From: an uncultured Gammaproteobacteria bacterium
GTDB taxonomy: Bacteria; Patescibacteriota; Patescibacteriia; Magasanikbacterales; GWA2-37-8
Length of the DNA stretch: 64,000 bases
Assembly: GCA_964634875.1 (NCBI GenBank)
Contig: CAZWKA010000007.1
Coordinates: 1,649 to 65,648 of the forward strand
Direction: 5' to 3'
Each line of letters begins with the position of its first letter. Positions within the stretch are counted from its first letter, which is position 1. Below the pieces are notes generated by a model. The model was not told where the DNA came from, did no database searches, and saw nothing but the letters and a program-made list of their open reading frames with translations. A program made the position numbers and the translations under genes. This document shows, one piece after another, positions 18,601 through 28,063 of this stretch.

Positions 18601-20556
18601 GCTACAGGAGGTAGAGACTTTATTATTGAAGAAAGCACCGTTATTTACATATCCAACAGCACTATCAGGGCCAGCTGGATCCTGCCAGTTGCCTGCACTA
18701 TCTTGCGACAAGCTATACGTAGTACAGCCGACATTATCTTTTGTACAAACACTGGTGTCGAGGCTGCGGTAAACATAAGCCCGCTGCGCACCGCTGGCAT
18801 CTACGAATGAGCGGCAGGTACGGAATTGTGCATCACAGCTGTCCGCATTAAAGCGCCAGGTATTTTTCTCGCGCGCACAGTAACCGTAACTACTGCAACT
18901 ACCATCGCTATTATAAGCGACACAAGTTGACAGGTCAGCACAGTCTTCGAGACGGTCAGGAGCATCGGAACTGAGCAAGTTAGCGCTAAAACCGAGGGCG
19001 TTACAGCGGGCGGCAGGAGCCTTGATTACCCAATCTGGATCGATGAGGTGGCAGAAAGGTTTGGTAATAGGGTCATACGTAACACCGACGATCTTACCCT
19101 GCGGATCCTTAATATAATTACAATCATTAAAGCCTTTCACTACTTGGCCGAGCGTCCAAGGCTGGTCAGGATCGCTTTTAGCGGCTGCAAGCTCAAACCC
19201 AAGCGGAATGATTCGGGCTTGGCGAAGGACTTTCAGGTTTGAATAGCAATAGGCATTCAAATAACAATTCTTATCAGAATTATCTTCGGCACGGCTTGGC
19301 GGGATAAGCTTAAATTCACCATGCAGCCACCCCTTGTCAATTGCTTCCTGGATTGTCGTTGGATTACCGTTGCCAATTTCTTGTGCTGCCTGCACCAAAC
19401 CAGCGTCTGCGCGACAGTTGTAGAGGCCAGCCGCATCCGGACAGCTACTTAGCTGACCCAGGATGTCATATTCATTAACTGTATTAGTACGGACAGCTAA
19501 GAAACCACTGAAAAGCTGTTCAGCCTGACGGCGACCACTTGTAACGCCGCTATCGCTAAAGCTTGTGACCGCGCTGTTGATTGAGGCGCAACTTTCGCCA
19601 CCAACTCCACCAACACACAAACCAAATGGCAACACGCCTTTTTGTTGGAAATTTTTAAGTACTGTTCCAGCCAAAGTGCTGAGGAAGAAATTTGCCAGGG
19701 CACCTGGAAGATTTTTATAGTTGCCGGAATTAATAGCCGCGGTGATCTGGTCGCCACTCTTATCGACCTGGCGGGCATTTCCGGTAGCCTTAAACTCTTC
19801 TGCAATTAATGGGGCAGGAGTTTGGATATCACCAGAGATATTGGTTTTTTTATCAACAAAACCCTGGTTAGCGATACGTTCGGAATCTGCGGCACCAACT
19901 GCTCTCGCAGCTTGCTGGCTAATCTTAGAGGAAGCGGCAAGCTGTATACCAAGTCCAGTCTCATCGATCTGGAAGGCAGAATTAAACTGCTGCTCGATGG
20001 AACCGCCTACCGAACTGAACTTGCTTCTCCAGGCCTCTGCACTCCAATTTTTTTGAAAATCCGAAAAAGTACATGCTGGCTTGCGGGTAGGATCCCCCGT
20101 TCCACCACTCGGCAAATTAACACGGATACCGACCTTCATTGCTAAATCAAGCTGTGGATCAGGAATGCTACACAAGTTAAAACCAGCTCCTTTACTTAAT
20201 TCTTCGATACCATGCCCAAGCGCATCATTACCAACATTTTTGAGGTAATCACCAAAACTTTTGGTCTGAGCAAATGGATTTTGGCCCTTGCCTCCAGAGG
20301 CAAGCCAGACAGCCGAATCATAAGCAACTTTACGCAAGACATACGACACAACCGTACCAGCCGCCGCTTGGACAGCTACTTTAAGGCCTTCCAAAATTTC
20401 ATCTTTGACTTTAAAAGTCGTAGCCACCACGTCTGTTGTTACTACAACAGGGATAGTCGCTTTGGCCGTCCCAGGGAAACCAAATGACCCAACCACACTG
20501 ACAAAAGCAACCACCGCAAGAATACCGGCTAAACCTATTTTTTTAAATATAGACAT
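12619..20556 (-). CDS. Giant Cys-rich secreted/surface protein (2645 aa) with a CBM-like domain
   Basis: Signal peptide ending TAKA; many CxxxxDC modules; jelly-roll CBM-like segment (FNDTFEG...SYDLTFWAKG...LYLDNIRL). Confidence 0.85.
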   Translation of the reverse strand: MSIFKKIGLAGILAVVAFVSVVGSFGFPGTAKATIPVVVTTDVVATTFKVKDEILEGLKVAVQAAAGTVVSYVLRKVAYDSAVWLASGGKGQNPFAQTKSFGDYLKNVGNDALGHGIEELSKGAGFNLCSIPDPQLDLAMKVGIRVNLPSGGTGDPTRKPACTFSDFQKNWSAEAWRSKFSSVGGSIEQQFNSAFQIDETGLGIQLAASSKISQQAARAVGAADSERIANQGFVDKKTNISGDIQTPAPLIAEEFKATGNARQVDKSGDQITAAINSGNYKNLPGALANFFLSTLAGTVLKNFQQKGVLPFGLCVGGVGGESCASINSAVTSFSDSGVTSGRRQAEQLFSGFLAVRTNTVNEYDILGQLSSCPDAAGLYNCRADAGLVQAAQEIGNGNPTTIQEAIDKGWLHGEFKLIPPSRAEDNSDKNCYLNAYCYSNLKVLRQARIIPLGFELAAAKSDPDQPWTLGQVVKGFNDCNYIKDPQGKIVGVTYDPITKPFCHLIDPDWVIKAPAARCNALGFSANLLSSDAPDRLEDCADLSTCVAYNSDGSCSSYGYCAREKNTWRFNADSCDAQFRTCRSFVDASGAQRAYVYRSLDTSVCTKDNVGCTTYSLSQDSAGNWQDPAGPDSAVGYVNNGAFFNNKVSTSCSANSAGCSAFKIAGATNNQNSLYLKKAPDYLGCYDSDPSTRKIDWANTTADLARITPKAQCSNYAGACIADEVNCNWYTSAQGGSKIPGRFKAAEVVDKQIVWNDQCDAKCVGYASYREMPSNYSLGQDVAYIIPASGSSCSAQEESCSSFTNLSTTLGEVENVEHYSYLRPCATPDVNVQKNFITYEGSTVGGYQLKVFTLVKDETGGPKYFYRTESDADNYARQCSEALYKSGKADPDCRQFNDDEGNVYYRLLAKTIPVSNSCTPYRLNNSELLPTSYDQATCATKKGFWNNNQCQLCLQGGEYQNGSCFYYGLPDGVQNTAGTSKSCQASANTCRAYKGNAGNNIKEVFNDTFEGTTAPVLTPWKPAAVQLSSESTRVGEHSLGYLGAAALTRDINVVPSKSYDLTFWAKGDAQSLTVSLASTEGNYSKDFGAVGVGDTWNYYRLGPIEYGGAGTLGQLVFKNQGNAKLYLDNIRLVEVTDYIYLVKNSLKVDPVCDSNVNDNLPGEALGCMQYKDPSNKTFALTGFNYLCREGAIGCTALFDTQNTPADAGPKAFNVWLVGTGGTKVEIQLGNDTVSCQIPVGQSGCYVNISGHEASEIIQVAGAGSFVKSTVYVPADTPATTPVYLVANQAASCNVADLGCTFAGVQKSTPTGLQYTTALVKNDPAAYETTLCQKEAVGCSAFGSATGDSYFKDPLVTGQKICTYQADVNVKGVKSSGWFWKGVGICSNNSGKFCSANADCGTGATCQGVGAQPCYADYVQQGNNYGLWSYGDGAKYQNFVGECPAAQDKCTQFVDHNDNDRSYYYIKNEKIDGAECNGTVSQKKGCALFDEPDNPNKYWSSKATYAASQESQDALVKPVDGSTANPADANIIIKVDHDRTCGEWLQCRSSHRVWDDKTGKWKIVCDDIGRCDRAPENQAESNITNCASWVEGGGEYSGQVLTPELYTQRDTSWAGMDFTGWSIPGIFPVEELAQVNISGQSANPLFRLVRRIPCGNTNCVDAAAPNDASCKENDKVCGQGGIGICLNGLCLQNPDGTIGEVVKKSPAEACRLYPEKDSPFPNTTVIGKAISQFSNAKFCSETNGFTSDPSVSGACDCNYTKVTYGDGALTKYWNYQKPNTLDAAAVPGSNLKVPQGICQGGFKEGSACSDDEGCQMTGKTPGTCQKQRRNEQLLGWKGFCLEPDSSRNVNAAQGVFPCLSWFPVDSIIGSNDINEQHPDAGYQSPADLGLASGREYCLDANNAGGDKMDPAMPYPASRYFYGQDLLFGTYEFYDNKKIQQSDMYGQSGTSCDWNSPFRNAATFVGSTNRDFYQATADERKLRKSDIEKIIIHTQDIRDSEDPNGAIFEIWPNAATPLDQPQTVYQTKDHMQGPGRALTGHYMGKPNEFIYMYGSKKRDGTHGEFVSQEGNICMGDDGSFSAECANTGPKGDCGMLNGNIFVPSGITNRGTNLGELGFWNPSVTNATIADTHAGEGNWHAILFTFDNDGTFLGYRTLYHGSYDAGDDHFIKYKVSFKLRQICTRIAEVDTVGSSDDRSIPWTNRLWKQSLYSISSSYNGDFGFAGLGYMYTTPIAPFGSLGIASMNQNQPLIMTPFEPKESETTCFPSFGLENCKYPLSIVKGNAAVPTYVPGSPYACLGGPKSSCLQVLADGTVKNATKVGASSADSNNSFGSLFARVNTLYTFNSSNVFAVTKGAFNDKTATGDWQKKPRPPVVFPVGACNAEGHCLEDQTKPGMTIDNEPQGRDIIRRTPSAKVDLQFFVAADADQMPIREVNVFWGDGKSTLPGQQAGRNYRGYQQPTCETVGAEKHCVVKDLQDISCTTNADCTGGPNGKPGATCLLPNDPQTPVGKCVVPRDLKTVCRVNSDCVIEPVCAPEASAQSFGRIIDKTCVANYRLFDHVYFCSRDSVGFKEAAQCPANFPNGCCEFVPKVQVVDNWGWCNGNCAGRASGCYNDPRSNGVKECSAAVDDFAFTPFANKIIIAAPAE

Positions 20557-20579
20557 ACCTGGCCTAGAGTCAAGTGAAA

Positions 20580-21215
20580 TTAAGGTTGTGTGCTGGTTGA
20601 ACTCGCTTCAAGAGCTGCAAAGGCATCGAGCGTGCTTGACGAACTCATTGCCTCCGCTACTGTGGCGAGCAAGTCTTTGTCGGAAATTTTTTTCAAGTCT
20701 TCTTCATTGACGCCCGCCTGGATTAACATGGCACGGATTTGAGCGGGATCCTGCAGGGCAGCAGCAAAAGCAGCGGGTGTCAGACCATCAGGCTGTTCGG
20801 GCTCAGTAGGGATCGTAGAAGAAACAACACCCGATGAAGAAACGGTGGTTGCATCATTACATTGCCCTTTGGGGCAAAGCGCTAATCCTTTGGCCACAAC
20901 CTCTTTATCACTTAAGCCATAGCTAAAAGTGTCATACAAATACGGACTCGTGCTATACACATAGAGCTCGTCAAAATCGTTAAGTTCATCGTGATCCGTA
21001 TCGCGGTACCGTAACGCATCGGGAGTATTAACATCGTTTTTTAATGTCGTTGGTACTGTGCTTGTGAGAGCAAAAGGTGCGTAGAGCGTGTTGCGGATCT
21101 GTAAGAAACCTAAACCAACAGCAAGAACAGCAAAAACAAGCAGGAGGGAAAACCCAATTCTCTGCTCGCGAGTAAAGCTTCCGGTACGACTAAAATTCTC
21201 TGGCGCTTCCACCAT
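20580..21215 (-). CDS. Membrane-anchored protein with a Ca-binding TSP3-like repeat
   Basis: N-terminal TM and DTDHDELNDFDELYVYSTSPYLYDT motif. Confidence 0.7.
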   Translation of the reverse strand: MVEAPENFSRTGSFTREQRIGFSLLLVFAVLAVGLGFLQIRNTLYAPFALTSTVPTTLKNDVNTPDALRYRDTDHDELNDFDELYVYSTSPYLYDTFSYGLSDKEVVAKGLALCPKGQCNDATTVSSSGVVSSTIPTEPEQPDGLTPAAFAAALQDPAQIRAMLIQAGVNEEDLKKISDKDLLATVAEAMSSSSTLDAFAALEASSTSTQP

Positions 21216-21294
21216 ACAACGCCCACGAAGTTAAAATGAATGTGCGGTGACTATAGCACATTTTTAAGAAAGAAGTAAGTGGATAACAACGCAC

Positions 21295-22119
21295 TTAGAC
21301 CGACTCATACTGCTTGGCTAGCTCAACCCATGCAGCAAGAGGCACTTCTTGAGCTCGGGCGTTGCGCGTTAGTCCAAGCTTATCAAAAATAGCCTGGAGC
21401 GTGCCCGCAGGTTTTTCTTTAAAGAGCGGCGTTAGGTTCTTGAACAAAAGTTTGCGACGGCTGGCAAAACCAGCTTTAACAATCTTAAATACAACCGCTT
21501 CAAAAATTTCGTCCCGCTCCCGCTTAAATGGAGTTATCTTAATAAGGGCGGAATCGACCCCGGGCACTGGCCAAAACGAAGCCCGCGGAACTTTGAGGAG
21601 GTATTCAGCTTCCGCATAATACTGCACGGACACCGCCAAGAGCGACATGTCACCGGGCTTTGCACAAATACGCTCAGCAACTTCGTGCTGAACCATAAAT
21701 ACCATGCTTTCCGGCGCCTGCTTGGCTTCCAGGAACATCCGAATAACCGGCGACGTGATTTGGTAAGGTAAATTGGCAATCACCTTGTACTTTGATGGTG
21801 GCACAAATTGATGCAGGGCATTCCCCCAGACTATTTCAATATTTGGATGTTGTTTTTGCTGTTTTTTCCAATACGGTTCCAACTTTTTTTCAATTTCGTA
21901 GGTGACAACCTTGCCAACTTTTTCTGCAAGCGGCAAGGTGAGGACGCCAAATCCTGGACCAATTTCAACAATTGTATCCCCTGCCCCCAAATCCTCGGCA
22001 AGCATGCGCTCAATGGGCGCGGGATCGATTAAATAATTCTGGCCATAGCGGCGAGAAGGCGTCAGGCCATAGCTCCGGCATAGGCGTTCGAGTTCTTCAG
22101 GAGAAAGAAAATGAGGCAT
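21295..22119 (-). CDS. rsmA: 16S rRNA m6(2)A dimethyltransferase
   Basis: GQNYL, EIGPGFG and ANLPYQITS motifs. Confidence 0.95.
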   Translation of the reverse strand: MPHFLSPEELERLCRSYGLTPSRRYGQNYLIDPAPIERMLAEDLGAGDTIVEIGPGFGVLTLPLAEKVGKVVTYEIEKKLEPYWKKQQKQHPNIEIVWGNALHQFVPPSKYKVIANLPYQITSPVIRMFLEAKQAPESMVFMVQHEVAERICAKPGDMSLLAVSVQYYAEAEYLLKVPRASFWPVPGVDSALIKITPFKRERDEIFEAVVFKIVKAGFASRRKLLFKNLTPLFKEKPAGTLQAIFDKLGLTRNARAQEVPLAAWVELAKQYESV

Positions 22120-22120
22120 A

Positions 22121-22729
22121 TCATTCGATATGTAAACTACCCTGCCTTAAAATTTCCATTTTTCCGCCAATCACACTCACAATTGTTGTCGGTAATTCAT
22201 GCGGCAAAAGGCCAGCATCAACGAGCGCATCAGGTTGACTGTTTTTTCCAGCAAACATCATTTCGATTTCTCGCGGGTCATACAACTCACCTGCTCCGGA
22301 AAGATTGGCGGAGGTAGCAACAACCGGGCGACCGAACCGGGTAGTAAGTTCTTGCAGGAAAGGAAAACGAGTAACACGAATTGCTACCGTGCTGCCTGGT
22401 GACACCACTCCTCGGGCAAGCGGCGGGACGTTAGGATCAATTTTGTATTCACCGACAATCGTAAGGCTCCCTGGCCAAAATCGAGTCGCCAATGTTTCTA
22501 CGGCATCGTTCCACAATATGTATTCACGCGCTTTTTCTACCGTTGGCACCACCACCAATAAAGGTTTGTCACTGGGGCGTCCTTTAATTCCAAAAATAGC
22601 ATCAACCGCTTCTTGATTCGTCGCATCGCACCCGAGGCCGTAGGTGGTTTCGGTTGGAAAAACTAAAGTCTTACCTTGATGGAGGTAATCGAGAATTTCA
22701 AAATATTGTTTTGACAGAAAGACTCTCAT
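22121..22729 (-). CDS. tsaC: L-threonylcarbamoyladenylate synthase
   Basis: FPTETTYGLGC, KGRPSDKPL and ATSANLSG motifs. Confidence 0.95.
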   Translation of the reverse strand: MRVFLSKQYFEILDYLHQGKTLVFPTETTYGLGCDATNQEAVDAIFGIKGRPSDKPLLVVVPTVEKAREYILWNDAVETLATRFWPGSLTIVGEYKIDPNVPPLARGVVSPGSTVAIRVTRFPFLQELTTRFGRPVVATSANLSGAGELYDPREIEMMFAGKNSQPDALVDAGLLPHELPTTIVSVIGGKMEILRQGSLHIE

Positions 22730-22815
22730 AAAATAAAAGCTAAAAACGAAAAGTTTAAAATAGCTGTGTCGCCGTGGCGAATCGATTATTTTAGTTTTTC
22801 GTTTTGCGTTTTACA
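22730..22815. repeat. Heptamer-built intergenic hairpin, copy 1
   Basis: AAAAGCT-AAAAACG-AAAAGTT ... TGTGTCGCCGTGGCGA ... TTTTAGTTTTTCGTTTTGCG; fills the prfB-tsaC spacer. Confidence 0.85.
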
Positions 22816-23886
22816 CTACTGCTTAAGCCACCTCAAATACGCTTCCGACAGTGGCAATAACTCCCCTTCAAGCACGCTCTCGGGATCGGTTGACTCAAAG
22901 TCGGTGCGATGGTCTTTGACCAGATGATAGGGATGCAAGACATATGACCGAATCTGGTTGCCCCACTCCGCGGATTTATATTCGCCGCGCAGGTCTTGGC
23001 GCTCTTTGGCCAGACGCTCTTGTTCCAACCGATACAGTTTAGCCTTCAAAATTTTCATGGCCGTTTCTTTATTCTGCAATTGCGAGCGCTCGTTTTGGCA
23101 GGAAACACTAATGCCTGTCGGGATATGGACGATACGGACAGCGGAATAGGTTGTATTGACGCTTTGGCCACCCTTACCACCCGACATGAACGTATCAATG
23201 CGTAAATCTTTTGGCTCAATAGCGATACTTATTTCTTCATCAATTTCCGGTAATACTTCGATAAGCGCAAACGAAGTGTGGCGCATTTTTTCGGCATCAA
23301 AAGGTGAGATACGCACCAGACGGTGGACACCGTGTTCGCCCTTGAGGTACCCAAAAGCGTACCGACCGGTTACTTCAAAGGTAATTGATTTGTAACCAGC
23401 TTCAGCTCCGCGTGATTCGTCAATAATACGCGTCTTATATCCTTGTTTTTCACAAAAACGAAACACCATCCGTAGCAGCATCTCTGCCCAGTCCTGCGCC
23501 TCAGTCCCGCCACTGCCCGCATGAATGGAGACAATCGCATTCTTACTATCGTAGGGGCCGTTCAGCAATAAATAAAACTCATAATCACCGTACTCTTTTT
23601 CGAGTTTGGCAAATTCGGTTTCAATCTCGATTTCGAGCGACTTGTCTCCAGATTTTGAAAGCTCGATCAGATCAGTAACTCTTTTTTCAAGATCGGCCCA
23701 CTTTTCTACTTCGTTTTTTATATCTTGGTAGTCCTGGCTAACGGCCTGGGCATTTTCCGGGGTTTGCCAAAAATCAGGCGCATTCATTTGCTCGCCAAGC
23801 TGTTCCATTTTACCCTTCAAATCAGCAATTTTAAGCAGAGCCATGGTTTCCTGAATTTTCTCAAGCAATTGCTTCAATTTTTCCAT
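22816..23886 (-). CDS. prfB: Peptide chain release factor 2 (no programmed frameshift)
   Basis: GGTEAQDW, RISPF (SPF) and GGQ motifs; uninterrupted ORF. Confidence 0.95.
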   Translation of the reverse strand: MEKLKQLLEKIQETMALLKIADLKGKMEQLGEQMNAPDFWQTPENAQAVSQDYQDIKNEVEKWADLEKRVTDLIELSKSGDKSLEIEIETEFAKLEKEYGDYEFYLLLNGPYDSKNAIVSIHAGSGGTEAQDWAEMLLRMVFRFCEKQGYKTRIIDESRGAEAGYKSITFEVTGRYAFGYLKGEHGVHRLVRISPFDAEKMRHTSFALIEVLPEIDEEISIAIEPKDLRIDTFMSGGKGGQSVNTTYSAVRIVHIPTGISVSCQNERSQLQNKETAMKILKAKLYRLEQERLAKERQDLRGEYKSAEWGNQIRSYVLHPYHLVKDHRTDFESTDPESVLEGELLPLSEAYLRWLKQ

Positions 23887-23928
23887 AAGAAGTTTAAATC
23901 GTTCCCATTCTAGCTTACTTTAGCCCCT

Positions 23929-23957
23929 TTGACAATTGAGGTATTTTAAACTATGTT
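23929..23957 (+). promoter_or_regulatory. sigma70 promoter TTGACA-17-TATGTT
   Basis: Consensus-like hexamers with 17-nt spacing ahead of a GGAGG-led ORF. Confidence 0.65.
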
Positions 23958-23975
23958 CACTATACGGAGGTTGCC

Positions 23976-24098
23976 ATGAAATACCAACTGCCGCGTAGTA
24001 TCAGGCTGTTACCAGGGTATATTCTTTTTAGCTTGCTCTACGCAGGAGCAATTGTCATCGTCCTTCTCTTTGATCACCGGAAAAGGAGATCTTCATGA
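23976..24098 (+). CDS. 40-aa single-TM small protein
   Basis: GGAGG-5nt-ATG; MKYQLPRSIRLLPGYILFSLLYAGAIVIVLLFDHRKRRSS*; ATGA overlap with the next gene. Confidence 0.55.
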   Translation: MKYQLPRSIRLLPGYILFSLLYAGAIVIVLLFDHRKRRSS

Positions 24099-24406
24099 GA
24101 ATCCACCTTGTAACCATCTGGCAAGAAGCAAGCCAGCAGCTCAGTAACCACGCCCCAAACCTGGCTCGGATAGCTGGTGGGGGCGTTATCTACGTGTTCA
24201 AGACGAGTATTAACCCTATCCTTCGCCTGGTCTTCCCAGAGTGCCGCATTGACCAGCATAAATACTCGGTTGATCACGACTTCCCCCGCACCACCCGACT
24301 CGTAAAGGGGGTCGGGAGGACCCTGGCCAGCGCTAGCGACCTTGTCACCAGACTCGCTACTCAGGCAGAGCGCATCTGTCGCCCGCTGCACCAGCGTCGG
24401 ACATGA
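24095..24406 (+). CDS. Hypothetical protein (SD-led islet gene)
   Basis: AAAAGGAG-6nt-ATG; followed by hairpin AAGGACGC...GCGTCCTT and a T tract. Confidence 0.6.
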   Translation: MRIHLVTIWQEASQQLSNHAPNLARIAGGGVIYVFKTSINPILRLVFPECRIDQHKYSVDHDFPRTTRLVKGVGRTLASASDLVTRLATQAERICRPLHQRRT

Positions 24407-24495
24407 CCAATGTTCCACAACCAAAAGGACGCCCCAACCGGGAGCGTCCTTCACTTTTTCGCTTATATACTTGACAAATTAATTAAAACTGATTT

Positions 24496-26229
<1,734 letters not shown>

Positions 26230-26523
26230 TTATTCAATCACCGCTAAAATTTTGTCATGCATCACGACGCGGTATTCTTCTTCATTTTTACCTTTACCAA
26301 ACTTTACTTCCTCGACGCCCTCACCCCATTTTGGGGTCAAAACTTTGTCGCCGACTTTAAGACCGAGCTTTAAAAGATCTTCGCCGTTGCCCACAGCTTC
26401 GATAGTACCATAGGCCTTTTTATCCTTATCAACTGTTTCTGGAAGAACCAGTCCGAATGTTGTTGTTTCTTCCTCTTGCTGCATTTTAACCAATACGCGA
26501 TTACCCAAGGGACGGATATTCAT
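26230..26523 (-). CDS. groS: Co-chaperonin GroES
   Basis: IRPLGNRVLV, GLVLPET and LKVGDKVL motifs; upstream of groEL. Confidence 0.95.
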   Translation of the reverse strand: MNIRPLGNRVLVKMQQEEETTTFGLVLPETVDKDKKAYGTIEAVGNGEDLLKLGLKVGDKVLTPKWGEGVEEVKFGKGKNEEEYRVVMHDKILAVIE

Positions 26524-26558
26524 AGTTTAAAAATTAAATAAATAAATGGTCTTACTAT

Positions 26559-26585
26559 TTATCACTCTTAAGTATCGAGTGCTAA
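26559..26585. promoter_or_regulatory. CIRCE element (HrcA operator)
   Basis: TTATCACTC-N9-GAGTGCTAA, one mismatch to TTAGCACTC-N9-GAGTGCTAA, between the groES promoter and start. Confidence 0.92.
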
Positions 26586-26596
26586 ATACCCTCCCC

Positions 26597-26624
26597 ATTC
26601 TACCCTATTTCGAAATGCTGTCAA
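26597..26624 (-). promoter_or_regulatory. groESL promoter TTGACA-16-TAGAAT
   Basis: Minus-strand hexamers just upstream of CIRCE. Confidence 0.75.
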
Positions 26625-26648
26625 GTGGAAAATCCTTTTCTAAAAACC

Positions 26649-26676
26649 TTGACAACAAAGCGAATTTTGGTATACT
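26649..26676 (+). promoter_or_regulatory. Promoter TTGACA-16-TATACT with extended -10
   Basis: Directly upstream of the AAGGAG-led lipoprotein gene. Confidence 0.75.
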
Positions 26677-26712
26677 TGGCCCCTGCCAAACTGGCAGAAG
26701 GAGCACCTGACC

Positions 26713-27159
26713 ATGCACCTGTCGCCACGTATTTTGAGTTCAGTCGTGACCTGCCTCTTGGGCTGTGTGGCTAGTCCACAGACCACTGGGCTCAAACCTG
26801 CTGCTGAGCTTCGGGGTGAGACCCAGCCTACCCAGACGCGCAAGACCGAAGCAGAGGCCACGGACGAGCCGGCTGCCGACACCGTCATCTGTGTACCGGA
26901 TGTTGCCGAAGATCTGGGCCGGAGCTACTTCATAGTGAAAGAGCGAACCGATGGAACAGTTTTTGTCGGCAGTTGCAGGAACCTGGACGTGATCTACGAT
27001 CTAAAGTGCGCGGATGGCCAGACGCCGAGCGCGATCAGGATAGAGCCCCCGCCAACGGACAGCAAGCGCTTCACCGAGGACAGTGGCACCAGGATCCTCC
27101 ACAGCTACTCCGACGTCAAGGAGCAGGTGACCCTCGCCTTGACCTGCCGTACACCCTAG
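26713..27159 (+). CDS. Putative lipoprotein (GC-rich islet)
   Basis: AAGGAGCACCTGACCATG; signal peptide ending LLGC; four further Cys. Confidence 0.75.
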   Translation: MHLSPRILSSVVTCLLGCVASPQTTGLKPAAELRGETQPTQTRKTEAEATDEPAADTVICVPDVAEDLGRSYFIVKERTDGTVFVGSCRNLDVIYDLKCADGQTPSAIRIEPPPTDSKRFTEDSGTRILHSYSDVKEQVTLALTCRTP

Positions 27160-27351
27160 TCGTCCAGCTATGCCTGGCAAAGCCCGCTCTTTCTGTTGAC
27201 AGCCCCGCTGTCGACAACTCAAAAATACTCCCAACACTGTTGAGAGTATTTTTATTTCGCTAAAAATCAGCTTTGACCATTGACGACACCGCGTTTACGT
27301 GCTTCACTGTCTCTGCCGTAAAAGCGGCCACAACACTCCGTGGAGGGAATG

Positions 27352-27705
27352 ATGCGACAAACTTTGCTCCGCCTTCTTGGATATGCCTTTGGCATTGCCT
27401 TGGTTGTGTTACCCGGGAATACCTCAGCGAAGGGATCCGGGAATTGTTACTTGGGCAAAAACAGCGGTATCCCCTTCTTCAAGGTCAAATATTTAGGAGA
27501 TGGGCATTACCAACTCTGGTGCAGCGAGCAGCTCGTTGATGAGGTCTGGTACAATAGCAATTTTTACTGGGCGAGGATAACCTCTACTCCACCGTTTGAC
27601 ACCGTGGAGGAACGCGGCACAACCACCATTTATCACTTCACCCAACGACTGTCTGTCGACCAGGCCGACGTCTCGATCATGCCCGAACAAAAGGACAGTA
27701 GGTAG
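27352..27705 (+). CDS. Putative secreted protein (islet)
   Basis: GGAGG SD; signal peptide MRQTLLRLLGYAFGIALVVLPGNTSA. Confidence 0.65.
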   Translation: MRQTLLRLLGYAFGIALVVLPGNTSAKGSGNCYLGKNSGIPFFKVKYLGDGHYQLWCSEQLVDEVWYNSNFYWARITSTPPFDTVEERGTTTIYHFTQRLSVDQADVSIMPEQKDSR

Positions 27706-27715
27706 GAGTAGCCGC

Positions 27716-27979
27716 ATGCTCAAAATCGGCCTTCTACTCTCCCTATTTGGCATTGGGCTCGCGCCGAGTTGTTGCGACCAGGCGAAGATGGCCTACGAAG
27801 CCGCCCAAACAGCGCGCACCAAGGCTGAGGAACTATACGACGCTTGCTACCGCCACCATACCACTGACTTCACTGAAGCGTGTTCTGGCGAAGATGCAAA
27901 CGTCAAGCAAGCAGAAACGAACGTAAAAAGAGCCAGCGACGCTGTCGGCAAGGAGTGCCACGGTATCGACCCGCTCTAA
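27716..27979 (+). CDS. Small Cys-containing helical lipoprotein or secreted protein (islet)
   Basis: AGGAG-7nt-ATG; MLKIGLLLSLFGIGLAPSCC; 87 aa. Confidence 0.7.
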   Translation: MLKIGLLLSLFGIGLAPSCCDQAKMAYEAAQTARTKAEELYDACYRHHTTDFTEACSGEDANVKQAETNVKRASDAVGKECHGIDPL

Positions 27980-28063
27980 GCCCGCTCTTTAGCCGCCCAT
28001 CCGCGGCCTCCCCCATGAGTTCCTAAAAATTTGGGAACTGATGCACTAAAAATACCAGCCCTG

